A stretch of 62,384 bases of DNA, counting the filler. It is 7 parts of 7 records of this genome, joined end to end, with 100 filler letters (N's around TTAATTAATTAA, not from the genome) between each part and the next. Parts side by side here need not be neighbours in the genome. Positions count along the whole stretch, not along the records: positions 1 to 8,524 come from SRR2962707_2636; positions 8,625 to 15,269 come from SRR2962707_2637; 5 more parts are not named here. One strand, 5' to 3'. The position numbers and the translations under genes were made by a program. Numbering within the stretch: the stretch's first letter is position 1; each line of letters starts with the position of its first letter. Positions 1-10,005 of the stretch are shown here, in pieces. Under the pieces are notes generated by a model. The model ran no database searches. It saw nothing but the letters and a program-made list of their open reading frames with translations, and was not told the origin of the DNA.

Positions 1-51
1 GCGAGGGGCGCTGCCCCTCGCGCTCCCCGGAGTATTTCGGGAAAGATGAAA
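1..51. repeat. Rhodobacteraceae-type intergenic repeat (hairpin plus conserved arm)
   Basis: Perfect stem GCGAGGGGC-gct-GCCCCTCGC (1-21). GAGTATTTCGGGAAAGATGAAA (30-51) recurs inverted at 2558-2579 (21/22). Confidence 0.65.
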
Positions 52-55
52 ACCG

Positions 56-400
56 TTAGAAAGGTAGCTTCATGTCAGCGGGTAGTCCAAGGCCTTCGGT
101 CAGTTTGCCCATTTCAGATTGCGCTTTTTCATTGGCTTTGGCTTGGGCATCTTTTATCGCCGCGAGGATGAGGTCTTCGGCGACCTCTTTTTCAGACGGG
201 ACAAAAATGCTTGGGTCGATATCTAGACCTGTTAGTTCGCCTTTGGCGGTTGCCGTGGCTTTGACTAGACCTGCGCCGGATTCGCCGGTTACGATGATGC
301 TATGCAAGTCCTCTTGCAACTGAGCCATTTGTGTTTGCATGTCTTTGGCGGCCTTCATCATTTTGGCCATGTCGCCCATTTGACCTAGTCCTTTGAACAT
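56..400 (-). CDS. ybaB: YbaB/EbfC nucleoid-associated protein
   Basis: GESGAGLVK...EDLILAAIKDA...GLGLP motifs; downstream of dnaX. Confidence 0.93.
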   Translation of the reverse strand: MFKGLGQMGDMAKMMKAAKDMQTQMAQLQEDLHSIIVTGESGAGLVKATATAKGELTGLDIDPSIFVPSEKEVAEDLILAAIKDAQAKANEKAQSEMGKLTEGLGLPADMKLPF

Positions 401-687
401 CTAGTATCTCCTTTAATTCGTCCGACCTACTCGAGGTAAATTGTTGCCCTACATATTGCAGTACGACTCCCGATCGACAAGGTGAGGACGAAAAAACAGC
501 TGTTTTGTATGGCTTTTTCTTGAGTTGTGTCAGGACGGTTCGGGGCGAAAGGCCCACGGAGACTGTTGTAAAAGCCTGAATGCACTTGAAACCCTGAGGG
601 CAATTGGCTGCGCGTTTGAATCCCCGTATCGTTATTGAGGTCGATCGTTGGCCCCGCAGGTAAAGTTTGTCACTTGAGAGACATTGG

Positions 688-2448
688 TTACTCTTCTTCG
701 AAAGGATCCCATTCGTCTTCTACTTCTGGCAAGGCTTCCGCCATAGCTTGGGCGGCCACTTGTTCGTGTGTCCGTACCTCTGTGATTGTCGCCTTGGGGA
801 AGGCGGCAATTGTTGCTTTTACCAACGGGTGCTCGGCTGCTTCGGCTTTAATCGCCAGGCTCGCCGCGTCGCGTTGTTCTACGATTGTTTCGGTGTCACA
901 TCCGTTGACCAGTGTCACGGACCAGCGGTTACCTGTCCAACGTTGTAGTCCTGACCCCAAGCGCTGGGCTAGGTCGGAGGGGGCCTTCGGCGTAGGGGTG
1001 AATTCGATACGCCCGGGTTGATAGGCGGCGAGACGAATCCCTGTTTCGACTTCCACCAATAATTTCACGTCGCGGTTTAGGCGAATTAGCTCCACTACAT
1101 GTTCAAAACTGGGGTAGCGCGCCAACGCTTGTTCGGTCGCAATGGCGAGAGCTTGGCCCCCCTGAGCTGATGCCTGCGTACCTATCTGACCGCCGCCGCT
1201 ATTTGGGGCAGGCGTGCCAAGCACTGATGCGTGGCCATGCCCGGTCCCTCCAGACATTCCACCGGAGCCCGGTCCTGGTGTCGGGGGTGGGGTGTCTTGC
1301 AGTCTGCGGATAAGCTCTTCAGGCGACGGCAGATCCGCAACATGGGTCAAACGGATAACGGCCATTTCAGCGGCCATCATGGCATTGGGCGCGTTGGCAA
1401 CTTCGTCCAGGGCTTTCAACAGCATTTGCCACATCCGTGTCAAAACGCGCATCGGCAACGCTTGCGCCATTTCTGCCCCGCGCGAGCGTTCATCTGGCCC
1501 AATCGTCGGATCTTCAGCGGCTTCAGGGGTGATTTTTACAACCGAAATCCAATGGGTGATTTCCGCGAGATCGCGCAAGACGGCCATTGGATCAGCGCCG
1601 TCCGCATATTGTGCACCTAACTCCGTCAACGCTCCGGCGGCATCGCCCTTCATGATGAGGTCAAACAGATCCAGAACGCGCCCGCGATCCGCCAAGCCTA
1701 GCATGGCTCGGATCTGCTCTGCCGTCGTTTCGCCTGCACCATGGCTGATCGATTGATCCAGCAATGAGGTGGCATCGCGGGCCGAGCCTTCGGCTGCCCG
1801 GGTGATCAAAGAAAGCGCTTCGTCAGTGATCTGAGCGCCTTCGGACGCCGCGATCCGGCGCAACATGCCGACCATGTCTTCCGGTTCAATTCGACGCAGG
1901 TCAAAACGCTGACAGCGTGAGAGAACCGTTACAGGGACTTTTCGGATTTCGGTCGTCGCAAAGATGAATTTTACATGGGTGGGCGGCTCTTCAAGTGTTT
2001 TCAACAGCGCGTTGAATGCACTCGTCGACAACATGTGAACTTCGTCAATAATATAGATTTTATAGCGCGCAGACGCCGCGCGATAATGTACGGAATCGAT
2101 GATTTCTCTGATGTCGCCTACGCCGGTGCGCGACGCCGCATCCATCTCCATAACATCGACATGGCGACCTTCCATGATCGCAACGCAATGCTCACATTGA
2201 CCACAGGGCTCGGTGGTCGGGGTTCCCGCGCCGTCCGGACCAATGCAATTCATACCCTTCGCGATAATCCTAGCCGTCGTGGTTTTTCCGGTACCTCGAA
2301 TACCCGTCATCACAAAGGCTTGCGCAATCCGATCTGCCGCAAATGCGTTCTTGAGTGTCCGCACCATAGCGGATTGGCCGACCAAATCGACGAATGTTTC
2401 GGGGCGGTACTTTCGGGCGAGAACTTGATATTTGGGTGTATCGGTCAT
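688..2448 (-). CDS. dnaX: DNA polymerase III subunit gamma/tau
   Basis: YQVLARKYRP, Walker A GIRGTGKTT, Cys Zn cluster, IIDEVHML, SRC motif. Confidence 0.98.
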   Translation of the reverse strand: MTDTPKYQVLARKYRPETFVDLVGQSAMVRTLKNAFAADRIAQAFVMTGIRGTGKTTTARIIAKGMNCIGPDGAGTPTTEPCGQCEHCVAIMEGRHVDVMEMDAASRTGVGDIREIIDSVHYRAASARYKIYIIDEVHMLSTSAFNALLKTLEEPPTHVKFIFATTEIRKVPVTVLSRCQRFDLRRIEPEDMVGMLRRIAASEGAQITDEALSLITRAAEGSARDATSLLDQSISHGAGETTAEQIRAMLGLADRGRVLDLFDLIMKGDAAGALTELGAQYADGADPMAVLRDLAEITHWISVVKITPEAAEDPTIGPDERSRGAEMAQALPMRVLTRMWQMLLKALDEVANAPNAMMAAEMAVIRLTHVADLPSPEELIRRLQDTPPPTPGPGSGGMSGGTGHGHASVLGTPAPNSGGGQIGTQASAQGGQALAIATEQALARYPSFEHVVELIRLNRDVKLLVEVETGIRLAAYQPGRIEFTPTPKAPSDLAQRLGSGLQRWTGNRWSVTLVNGCDTETIVEQRDAASLAIKAEAAEHPLVKATIAAFPKATITEVRTHEQVAAQAMAEALPEVEDEWDPFEEE

Positions 2449-2557
2449 GCGGAACCATCTGAAAGAGTCGGCGCAGCCTAGAGCGCCGCGCTCGTGACGT
2501 CTACCGGGTTTACAGCATACAGTCAGGCGCAGGCCGTCAGGCGAAACCGCTCTGATG

Positions 2558-2579
2558 TTTCATCTTTCCCAAAATACTC
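2558..2579. repeat. Second, inverted copy of the repeat arm at 30-51
   Basis: TTTCATCTTTCCCAAAATACTC versus reverse complement of 30-51, TTTCATCTTTCCCGAAATACTC. Confidence 0.65.
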
Positions 2580-2617
2580 AAAATCTTCGGTTCGCCTCAA
2601 GTGCGCTGCCTGGCTTT

Positions 2618-2746
2618 CTAATCAACCGTGTTGCCATTGTGCGTGCTGGCACAAGGCGGGCTTTGCGCGATCGGGGCGCCATCGAATCGCTCCTGCGCCC
2701 ACACGCCAAGAGGCAGCAAAATGGTGAGTATGATTGTGCGTATCAT
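2618..2746 (-). CDS. Short signal-peptide ORF (42 aa) or gene remnant
   Basis: MIRTIILTILLPLGVWAQERFDGAP...; G-rich SD upstream; below the ORF-track cutoff. Confidence 0.35.
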   Translation of the reverse strand: MIRTIILTILLPLGVWAQERFDGAPIAQSPPCASTHNGNTVD

Positions 2747-2987
2747 GGCGTCCCCCCTGCGTTTCTTCAAAGGTGATACGCAGAGCATTTACATTTTTGT
2801 CGCGACAAAATCAGACTTTTTGTGCTGAATTGTGAGCCCAAATGCCTCGTTGTCGGCGGGAAACGGCCGTTTAGCAGAATATTGAATGTGATCACCCCGA
2901 GGTTAAGGGGCGCATTTCGACATTAATAGCTTGCTAAGACCTACAGGTAGTTTATCGGGGCTCTAGCAATAACGATAAAGCAGGCAC

Positions 2988-4022
2988 ATGGTGGATAAAG
3001 ACACAACGGGAACATCACCGCAAGGCGCATCTGACGCGCGCGACTGGGTCAAAGTTCTGGCTCGTTACCGTGAACCCAACCATTTGCGAAGCGTGTTTGA
3101 GCTTCTCGTGAGCTTTGTGCCATTTGTCGCGATTTGGGCGCTGGCTTGGTGGGCCTTGTCTGTTAGCTATTGGCTCACTTTGGCCATTTCCTTCGTCAAC
3201 GCGCTCTTTCTTCTGCGCTTGTTTGCGATCCAGCATGATTGCGGACATGGATCCCTTTTCAAGAACCGGCATGCCAGCGATTGGATTGGACGGGTGATCG
3301 GGGTTCTGACACTGACACCCTATGATGTATGGCGACGTACGCATTCGGCCCACCACGGTGCCTCAGGGAACCTGGATCGACGCGGCATGGGCGACATTCA
3401 CACCAAAACAGTGGAAGAGTATAACAACCTGTCCAGCTGGGAACGTTTTCAGTACCGGCTCTATCGTCATCCGGTCACCTTGTTTGTCTTCGGGCCGGGG
3501 TATTTGTTCTTCCTGCAAAACCGCTTTCCTTTGGGGCTGATGAATCAAGCGATTTATTGGTTTAGCGCCATGGCCACGAATGCGGTGATTTTGATTGCGC
3601 TGGGTACCATTTGGTACTTTGGTGGATGGGAGCCGCTGTTTTTGATCTTCTTGCCGACAACCCTTGTGGCCGCGACCGCTGGGATGTGGTTGTTTTACGT
3701 CCAGCATCAGTTCGAATTGACAAGCTGGAATCCAGACGATGAATGGCAATTGCACGATGCCGCCCTACATGGAAGCTCGTACTACGTGCTGCCATCATTG
3801 CTGCAGTGGTTCAGTGCTAACATCGGTATTCATCATGTGCATCACCTGTACAGCCGTATCCCGTTTTACCGTTTGACCGAAGTGTTGCGGGACCAAAACG
3901 AGTTGACTAAGATCAACCGGATGAGCATTCGTCAAAGTTTGCGCAGTGCACGCCTGCACCTGTGGGATGAAAAAACATCGCGTTTGTTGTCGTTCCCGCA
4001 AGCCCGGAAACTTTACGGCTAA
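2988..4022 (+). CDS. Membrane fatty-acid desaturase
   Basis: Three His boxes HDCGH, HSAHH, HHVHH; hydrophobic segments. Confidence 0.92.
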   Translation: MVDKDTTGTSPQGASDARDWVKVLARYREPNHLRSVFELLVSFVPFVAIWALAWWALSVSYWLTLAISFVNALFLLRLFAIQHDCGHGSLFKNRHASDWIGRVIGVLTLTPYDVWRRTHSAHHGASGNLDRRGMGDIHTKTVEEYNNLSSWERFQYRLYRHPVTLFVFGPGYLFFLQNRFPLGLMNQAIYWFSAMATNAVILIALGTIWYFGGWEPLFLIFLPTTLVAATAGMWLFYVQHQFELTSWNPDDEWQLHDAALHGSSYYVLPSLLQWFSANIGIHHVHHLYSRIPFYRLTEVLRDQNELTKINRMSIRQSLRSARLHLWDEKTSRLLSFPQARKLYG

Positions 4023-4073
4023 TATCCGCGCGGTTATTGCCACCAAGGTAAACACGGCGCAAAGTCACGCATG

Positions 4074-4102
4074 AAAAAAGACCGGCCTTTCAGCCGGTCT
4101 TT
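4074..4102. terminator. Bidirectional intrinsic terminator
   Basis: AAAGACCGGC-ctttca-GCCGGTCTTT between convergent genes. Confidence 0.75.
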
Positions 4103-4131
4103 GTCATTCTTATGCTTGGAATTTTTATGCC

Positions 4132-5820
4132 TTAGTCGAGCAAACGCCGGGCAATAACCTGGGCTTGGATTTCAGCCGCGCCTTCAAAAATGTTCAGAAT
4201 GCGGGCGTCACAAAGCACGCGAGAGATCTTGTACTCAAGCGCAAAGCCGTTGCCACCGTGGATTTGCAGACCGTTATCAGCAGAGGCCCAGGCGACGCGC
4301 GCGCCCAGTAACTTGGCCATGCCTGCTTCGAGATCACAGCGGCGGTCCTCGTCCTTTTCACGGGCAGAGAAATAGGTCAGCTGTCGTGCTATCATCAATT
4401 CGACCGCCATCATCGCCAACTTACCGGACACCCGTGGGAATTCGATCAGGGACTTGCCGAATTGTTTGCGGTCCTCAGCATATTGCATGGAGAGATCGAG
4501 CGCTGTTTGAGCAACCCCAATCGCCCGCGCCGCGGTCTGGATACGTGCGGATTCGAAGGTCTGCATGAGCTGTTTAAAGCCTTTGCCTTCTTCTCCGCCC
4601 AGCAGGTTTTCACCTTTAACATGGAAGTTGTCAAAGCCCAGCTCGTATTCCTTCATGCCACGATAGCCCAATACTTCGATTTCGCCGCCGGTCATCCCCT
4701 CGGTGGGGAAAGGGGCTTCGTCGGTGCCAGGGGTCTTTTCAGCGAGAAACATCGACAGACCCTTGTGGTCCGTTGTCGAAGGGTCTGTACGAGCCAGCAA
4801 GGTCATCACATGGGTGCGCGCTGCGTGGGTAATCCAGGTTTTGTTCCCAGTGACTTTATAATCGCCGTTGTCGTCCTTGGCTGCGCGGGTGCGCAAAGAA
4901 CCAAGATCGGACCCCGTGTTTGGCTCTGTGAAAACCGCCGTTGGCAATGTTTCACCGGAGGCAAGCTGCGGTAGCCATTTTTGCTTCTGCTCCTCGGTGC
5001 CGCCACACAGGATCAATTCCGCAGCGATTTCAGAGCGTGTCCCAAGCGAGCCGACGCCAATATAGCCGCGCGAGAGCTCTTCTGAAACTACAACCATCGA
5101 CGCCTTGGACAAACCGAACCCGCCGTATTCTTCGGGAATGGTCAGCCCAAAGACGCCCATTTCGGCCAGCTCTTCGACGATTTCCATCGGGATCAGCTCG
5201 TCCTTCAGGTGCCACTCATGGGCGAAAGGTTCGACCTTTTCCAAAGCAAAGCGTCGGAACTGTTCGCGGATCATCTCTAGTTCTTCATCCAGACCACTGG
5301 CGCCAACGATGATTTCAGCGCGCCGTTCTTGCATGAGCTCAACCAAGCGCGTGCGGGCGGCTTGGGTATTGCCGTGCTGGGTCAACGCCATGATTTCTGG
5401 CGCCATCAGGGCGCGCATGTCGTCTTGACCCAGTCCAATGTCTTGCAGGCGCAGAATCTCGCCCTGGCTCATCGGAATACCGCCGTAGATTTGCCAGAGG
5501 TACTCACCAAAGCCGATCTGAAGCAGAAGTTGTTCGACTTCACCAAATTTCCCCTGAGCGGTTAACTCTTCTGCCCAATGATGCATTTGGCGCAAAGATT
5601 CGGTGTATGTCGCCAACCACGCCAAGCCATGCGCCGCTGTTTGGTTGGCTTCGATCAAGGCTCCCGAGACACGTCCGTCTTGTGTAACCATGGACCGCAA
5701 CGACGAGCGGGCGGCTTCGAATACTTGTTCAACCGGAGCAATCGCTGCTTTGGTCAGTGAAAGGAGGTCAGGCAACAGGATGCCAGCGTCCAACGTTGGG
5801 TTTTGTCCGTCATGTGCCAT
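4132..5820 (-). CDS. mcd: (2S)-methylsuccinyl-CoA dehydrogenase (ethylmalonyl-CoA pathway)
   Basis: Acyl-CoA dehydrogenase core (VFTEPNTGSD, IFEGAAEIQ) with the long N-terminal extension (AAHGLAWLATY, GGIPMSQGE) typical of Mcd. Confidence 0.88.
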   Translation of the reverse strand: MAHDGQNPTLDAGILLPDLLSLTKAAIAPVEQVFEAARSSLRSMVTQDGRVSGALIEANQTAAHGLAWLATYTESLRQMHHWAEELTAQGKFGEVEQLLLQIGFGEYLWQIYGGIPMSQGEILRLQDIGLGQDDMRALMAPEIMALTQHGNTQAARTRLVELMQERRAEIIVGASGLDEELEMIREQFRRFALEKVEPFAHEWHLKDELIPMEIVEELAEMGVFGLTIPEEYGGFGLSKASMVVVSEELSRGYIGVGSLGTRSEIAAELILCGGTEEQKQKWLPQLASGETLPTAVFTEPNTGSDLGSLRTRAAKDDNGDYKVTGNKTWITHAARTHVMTLLARTDPSTTDHKGLSMFLAEKTPGTDEAPFPTEGMTGGEIEVLGYRGMKEYELGFDNFHVKGENLLGGEEGKGFKQLMQTFESARIQTAARAIGVAQTALDLSMQYAEDRKQFGKSLIEFPRVSGKLAMMAVELMIARQLTYFSAREKDEDRRCDLEAGMAKLLGARVAWASADNGLQIHGGNGFALEYKISRVLCDARILNIFEGAAEIQAQVIARRLLD

Positions 5821-5965
5821 GAATCACGTCCTTCTTTTGCTGCACTACGACATAATCCTTTCGCAGTTGCAGCGCAACAAAAATACTTAAATGACCTTCA
5901 AGTTGTTCATTAGTTGCGCAATCGTTTTTGGTGTGCGCTGATTAACAAGCTTGTTATGTAGGGCT

Positions 5966-6733
5966 ATGATAGATTTTTCCATGTTCCCTGAACCGACAAT
6001 TCTTATTGCTGCATTTGCAGTTGCGCTCGGTGCTGGGCTGATCAAGGGCTTGGTTGGCTTTGCCATGCCGATGATTATGATTTCGGGGCTGAGCAGTTTT
6101 CTGCCCCCGGATTTGGCGCTGGCGGGTTTGATTGTGCCGACCTTTGTCACCAATGGTATTCAGGCCTTGCGACAAGGCCCAAAAGCGGCCGTGTCGTCGA
6201 TCAAGCGCTATAGAGTCTTTCTTTTGGCGGGGTTGGTGATGTTGGCCCTGTCTACTCAATTGGTAAGCGTTTTGCCGGTGACGGTGTTGATGCTGATGAT
6301 CGGGCTGCCAATCGTCGTGTTTTCGGGGGTTCAGTTGTTAGGCTGGAAGCCCAAGGCGCTGAAAATGCGTAGCTTGCGTCTGGAAATCGCAATTGGCGCA
6401 GTTGCCGGGTTTATCGGGGGAATGTCAGGTGTCTGGGGGCCACCGACGGTGGCCTATCTCACGGCGCTTGGCACGGAAAAACGTGAACAGATGCGGATCC
6501 AAGGGGTAATCTATGGTTTAGGGGCCATTGGACTGACGATCGGGCACCTTGTGTCAGGCATTCTGACGATGTCGACGGCTATGTTTTCTTTTATCCTAGT
6601 GTTTCCTGCTGTTCTTGGAATGTGGGTGGGAGGCTTCGCCCAAGATCGCATTGACCAAGTTGCCTTTCGAAAGGCAACTTTGATCGTCCTCTTTGTCGCC
6701 GGCGCGAATTTGGTGCGACGGGCACTCTATTAA
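5966..6733 (+). CDS. TSUP (TauE/SafE) family transporter
   Basis: AGLIKGLVGFAMP and GFIGGMSGVWGPP repeats; multi-pass membrane; start uncertain. Confidence 0.85.
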   Translation: MIDFSMFPEPTILIAAFAVALGAGLIKGLVGFAMPMIMISGLSSFLPPDLALAGLIVPTFVTNGIQALRQGPKAAVSSIKRYRVFLLAGLVMLALSTQLVSVLPVTVLMLMIGLPIVVFSGVQLLGWKPKALKMRSLRLEIAIGAVAGFIGGMSGVWGPPTVAYLTALGTEKREQMRIQGVIYGLGAIGLTIGHLVSGILTMSTAMFSFILVFPAVLGMWVGGFAQDRIDQVAFRKATLIVLFVAGANLVRRALY

Positions 6734-6926
6734 AAAGGTGCGAGGACGCTTGCGTTCGGGGAGTCTATTCTTTGGTTTGAGCGATCATAGGTTGAGAATA
6801 TGTATAAGACATGCTCAATTTTGATAGGTCCAGTATCGTCAATGTTGGATTTGTGTAGGTTTACACTTGAACTTTCAGCAACAAATTGATGAACCTTTTC
6901 TCGCACAAAGTTTTCAGGAGTTTTTC

Positions 6927-7115
6927 ATGCTAAAATGCACACATGCGGATGGCAGTATTCGTTATATCAACAAAGACATTATTCACAGCATCGTAAAAGA
7001 CCAAACCAGCGGCGAGATGGCCGTCACAATTACGAAACCGGGATCATCCGAAACCACGCGGATTAAAATTTCATCATTTCAATTGGTCAAGTCGGGCACG
7101 ACTTATAAGTGCTAA
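6927..7115 (+). CDS. Small hypothetical protein (62 aa)
   Basis: AGGAG SD before ATG 6927; AT-rich; followed by a hairpin. Confidence 0.55.
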   Translation: MLKCTHADGSIRYINKDIIHSIVKDQTSGEMAVTITKPGSSETTRIKISSFQLVKSGTTYKC

Positions 7116-7121
7116 CAGTTT

Positions 7122-7155
7122 AAGACAAAGCCCGTCATAAGGTGGGCTTTGTCTT
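7122..7155. terminator. Bidirectional terminator hairpin
   Basis: AAGACAAAGCCC...GGGCTTTGTCTT between the orphan ORF and pckA. Confidence 0.7.
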
Positions 7156-7168
7156 TGTTCCAATCGGT

Positions 7169-8524
7169 TTATCCGATCGCAACAGCTTTTACGTCTTCAT
7201 CGATATACGGTACGTACTGTTCGAAGTTATCTGCGAACATCTGAACCAGTTTTTCTGCTTGCGCGTCATAAGCTGCGGCATCTTCCCATGTCCGGCGAGG
7301 ATCGAGCAGAACTTCCGCGACACCTGCAACAGCGATTGGCACATCAAATCCAAAGTTCGGATCTTTGCGGAAATCAGCTTCTACCAGGCTTCCGTCAAGT
7401 GCGGCTGTCAACAAAGCGCGTGTTGCTTTGATGGGCATCCGCGAACCTGTTCCGTAAGCGCCGCCAGTCCAACCCGTGTTCACCAACCAGCAGGTGGCAC
7501 CGTGTTTCGCGATTTTGTCACGAAGCAGATTGCCATAGGCTTCTGGACGGCGTGGCATAAACGGTGCGCCAAAGCATGTTGAGAATGTTGGTTCCGGCTC
7601 AGTGACGCCGCGCTCAGTGCCAGCGACTTTCGAGGTAAAGCCAGACAAGAAGTGGTACATTGCCTGAGCCGGTGTCAAACGCGAAATAGGAGGTAGAACA
7701 CCAAAGGCATCACATGTCAGCATGATGATGTTTTTCGGGTGACCACCAAGAGCCGAAGAGGACGCGTTTGAGATGTATTCCAAAGGATAAGCGCACCGCA
7801 TATTCGCGGTTAGGCTGTCATCCTGGAAATCCAGCTCTCTGGTCTCTTCGTCATAGACCATGTTCTCTATAACTGTGCCGAATTTCTGCGTCGTTTCGTA
7901 GATTTCTGGTTCAGCTTCCTTGGACAGATTGATGGTCTTGGCGTAGCAGCCACCTTCGAAGTTAAAGGTACCGCGATCGGACCAGCCATGCTCATCGTCA
8001 CCAATAAGGACGCGCTGAGGATCTGCCGAAAGAGTTGTCTTACCGGTGCCGGACAGACCGAAGAACACAGCCGTATCGACCGGGTTGCCTTCTGCGTGGT
8101 TGGCAGAGCAGTGCATCGGCATGATGCCTTTTTCAGGCAGTAAGTAGTTGAGCAGAGTGAAAACAGATTTCTTGTTTTCGCCCGCATATTCTGTGCCACC
8201 GATCAAAATCGTCTTGCGATCAAAATTCATCGCGATAACGGTATCTGAACGACAATTGTGGCGCTCTGGATCGGCTTTGAATGTCGGGCAGTTGATGACT
8301 GTCCAGTCCGCTGTAAAGTCATCAAGCGCATCGCGATCGGGGCGACGCAGCATGTGGCGGATGAAAAGGCCGTGCCACGCAAGCTCGGTAACAACACGGA
8401 CATCAATGGAATGTGCTGGATCCGCGCCGCCGACAAGATCCTGTACGAAGTAATCTTTGCCCTTCATGTGCGCGACCATATCGTCATAAAGCGCGTCAAA
8501 CCCTACGACGGACATCTCTGCGTT
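7169..8524 (-). CDS. pckA: Phosphoenolpyruvate carboxykinase (ATP), 5'-truncated
   Basis: [37 protein letters not shown]. Confidence 0.97.
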   Translation of the reverse strand, partial: NAEMSVVGFDALYDDMVAHMKGKDYFVQDLVGGADPAHSIDVRVVTELAWHGLFIRHMLRRPDRDALDDFTADWTVINCPTFKADPERHNCRSDTVIAMNFDRKTILIGGTEYAGENKKSVFTLLNYLLPEKGIMPMHCSANHAEGNPVDTAVFFGLSGTGKTTLSADPQRVLIGDDEHGWSDRGTFNFEGGCYAKTINLSKEAEPEIYETTQKFGTVIENMVYDEETRELDFQDDSLTANMRCAYPLEYISNASSSALGGHPKNIIMLTCDAFGVLPPISRLTPAQAMYHFLSGFTSKVAGTERGVTEPEPTFSTCFGAPFMPRRPEAYGNLLRDKIAKHGATCWLVNTGWTGGAYGTGSRMPIKATRALLTAALDGSLVEADFRKDPNFGFDVPIAVAGVAEVLLDPRRTWEDAAAYDAQAEKLVQMFADNFEQYVPYIDEDVKAVAIG

Positions 8525-8624
8525 NNNNNNNNNNNNNNNNNNNNNNNNNNNNNNNNNNNNNNNNNNNNTTAATTAATTAANNNNNNNNNNNNNNNNNNNN
8601 NNNNNNNNNNNNNNNNNNNNNNNN
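8525..8624. other. Artificial contig linker
   Basis: N44-TTAATTAATTAA-N44 (stops in all frames). Confidence 0.99.
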
Positions 8625-8625
8625 C

Positions 8626-9303
8626 AATGTGAAGGGCTTCATGCTGCAGCCGGTTGGTCCGGAAGCGCTCGGCTGGTTCAAGGAGCCAATCGAGACCATG
8701 GACGATTTCCGCAAATACCGTTTCCGCACGCCTCCGGGCATTCCGGGCCAGACATACAAGGACATCGGCGTCGCCTCGGTTGCCATGGGTGGCGGCGACA
8801 TTCTGCCCGCACTTGAAAAGGGAACCATTGATGCAGCCGAATGGTGCTGCCCGAAGCCGGATTCGGTGTTCGGCTTCCAGAAGGTGCTCAAGCATTATTA
8901 TCTGCAGGGCCTGCACCAGGTGGTGGTCAATGCCGACCTCTATCTCAATGGCGATGTCTACAACGCGCTGACCCCGCTGCAGCAAAAGGCCATCGAGGTG
9001 GCTGCCAATGCATCGCTGATGAAGGCCATGGCCTATCGCATCAACGAAAACGGCAAGGCGCTCGACAAGCTGGTCAACGAGGATGGCGTCATCCTGCACG
9101 ACACTCCGCCGGAATATTTCACAGAGTACATGGCCGCCGCCAACGCAGCGCTTGAGAAGAATGCCACGGAAAATGCGTTCTTCAAGGAAGTCTGGGACAG
9201 CCAGAAGGCATTCGCCAGGACAGCCGTGCCGTACTGGGCACAGGCCCAGCGCACCAACGCCAATCTCGGCGAGGCCTACGCCGATACGCTCAAAAAGCAA
9301 TAA
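8626..9303 (+). CDS. TRAP substrate-binding protein (DctP, TakP-like), 5'-truncated
   Basis: FRTPPGIPG, GDILPALEKGTIDAAEW. Confidence 0.9.
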   Translation, partial: NVKGFMLQPVGPEALGWFKEPIETMDDFRKYRFRTPPGIPGQTYKDIGVASVAMGGGDILPALEKGTIDAAEWCCPKPDSVFGFQKVLKHYYLQGLHQVVVNADLYLNGDVYNALTPLQQKAIEVAANASLMKAMAYRINENGKALDKLVNEDGVILHDTPPEYFTEYMAAANAALEKNATENAFFKEVWDSQKAFARTAVPYWAQAQRTNANLGEAYADTLKKQ

Positions 9304-9317
9304 TACCAAGAGCTTGT

Positions 9318-9346
9318 GATCTGCCCCGCGCCTTGCGGGGCGGATC
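9318..9346. repeat. Intergenic stem-loop after dctP
   Basis: GATCTGCCCCGC-gcctt-GCGGGGCGGATC. Confidence 0.55.
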
Positions 9347-9390
9347 AACTGCCCTGCAAGGGGTGAGTGAAGTTTCCCAGGGAGGGCGTC

Positions 9391-10005
9391 ATGGCCGGGA
9401 ATGAAACAGACGACATGCTTCCGATCGGTGACGAGCTGCTCGCCGAACGCCGCGCCGGGCCGGGCACCCTGATGCCCGACGACATGCATCCCGTTGCCCG
9501 CGTCACCATCCACACCATTGATACGGTTTCCGAATGGGTTGGCCGCGTCGTGGCGCTGATGGTGGTGCCGATCATTCTGGCCATGGTCTATGAGGTGATT
9601 GCGCGCAAGTTCTTCATCGCGCCAACCCTCTGGGCCTTTGACGTCTCGCGCATGCTCTACGGCATGTCGTTCATGCTCGGCGCGGCCTATGCATTGATGC
9701 ACGGTCTGCATATCCGGGCTGACTTTCTCTACCGCAATTTCACGGTCAAGACCCAGGGCCGCATCGACCTCATTCTCTATATCGTGCTGTTCCTGCCGGC
9801 GATGGCTTTCCTGCTTATGGCTGGATATGAGTTTGCTCTGAAATCGGTCCTGCAGGGCGAGCGCGCCGGTGACAGCACCTGGGCGCCGCTGGTCTGGCCG
9901 GTCAAGGTGTCGCTGGCTGTCGGCGTGGCGCTTCTGCTGGTTCAGGGCGTCTCCGAAATTCTGAAATCCTGGTATGCGGCGACCCGCGGCAGGTGGCCGT
10001 CATGA
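9391..10005 (+). CDS. TRAP small permease (DctQ)
   Basis: Four TM segments, YEVIARK, HIRADFLY. Confidence 0.9.
   Translation: MAGNETDDMLPIGDELLAERRAGPGTLMPDDMHPVARVTIHTIDTVSEWVGRVVALMVVPIILAMVYEVIARKFFIAPTLWAFDVSRMLYGMSFMLGAAYALMHGLHIRADFLYRNFTVKTQGRIDLILYIVLFLPAMAFLLMAGYEFALKSVLQGERAGDSTWAPLVWPVKVSLAVGVALLLVQGVSEILKSWYAATRGRWPS

Noticed and set aside
688-2448. Programmed frameshift in dnaX
   Set aside because: No A-AAA-AAG or long poly-A slippery site noticed in the linker region.
2449-2620. SRP RNA (ffs), often upstream of dnaX
   Set aside because: No SRP helix-8 motif seen on either strand.
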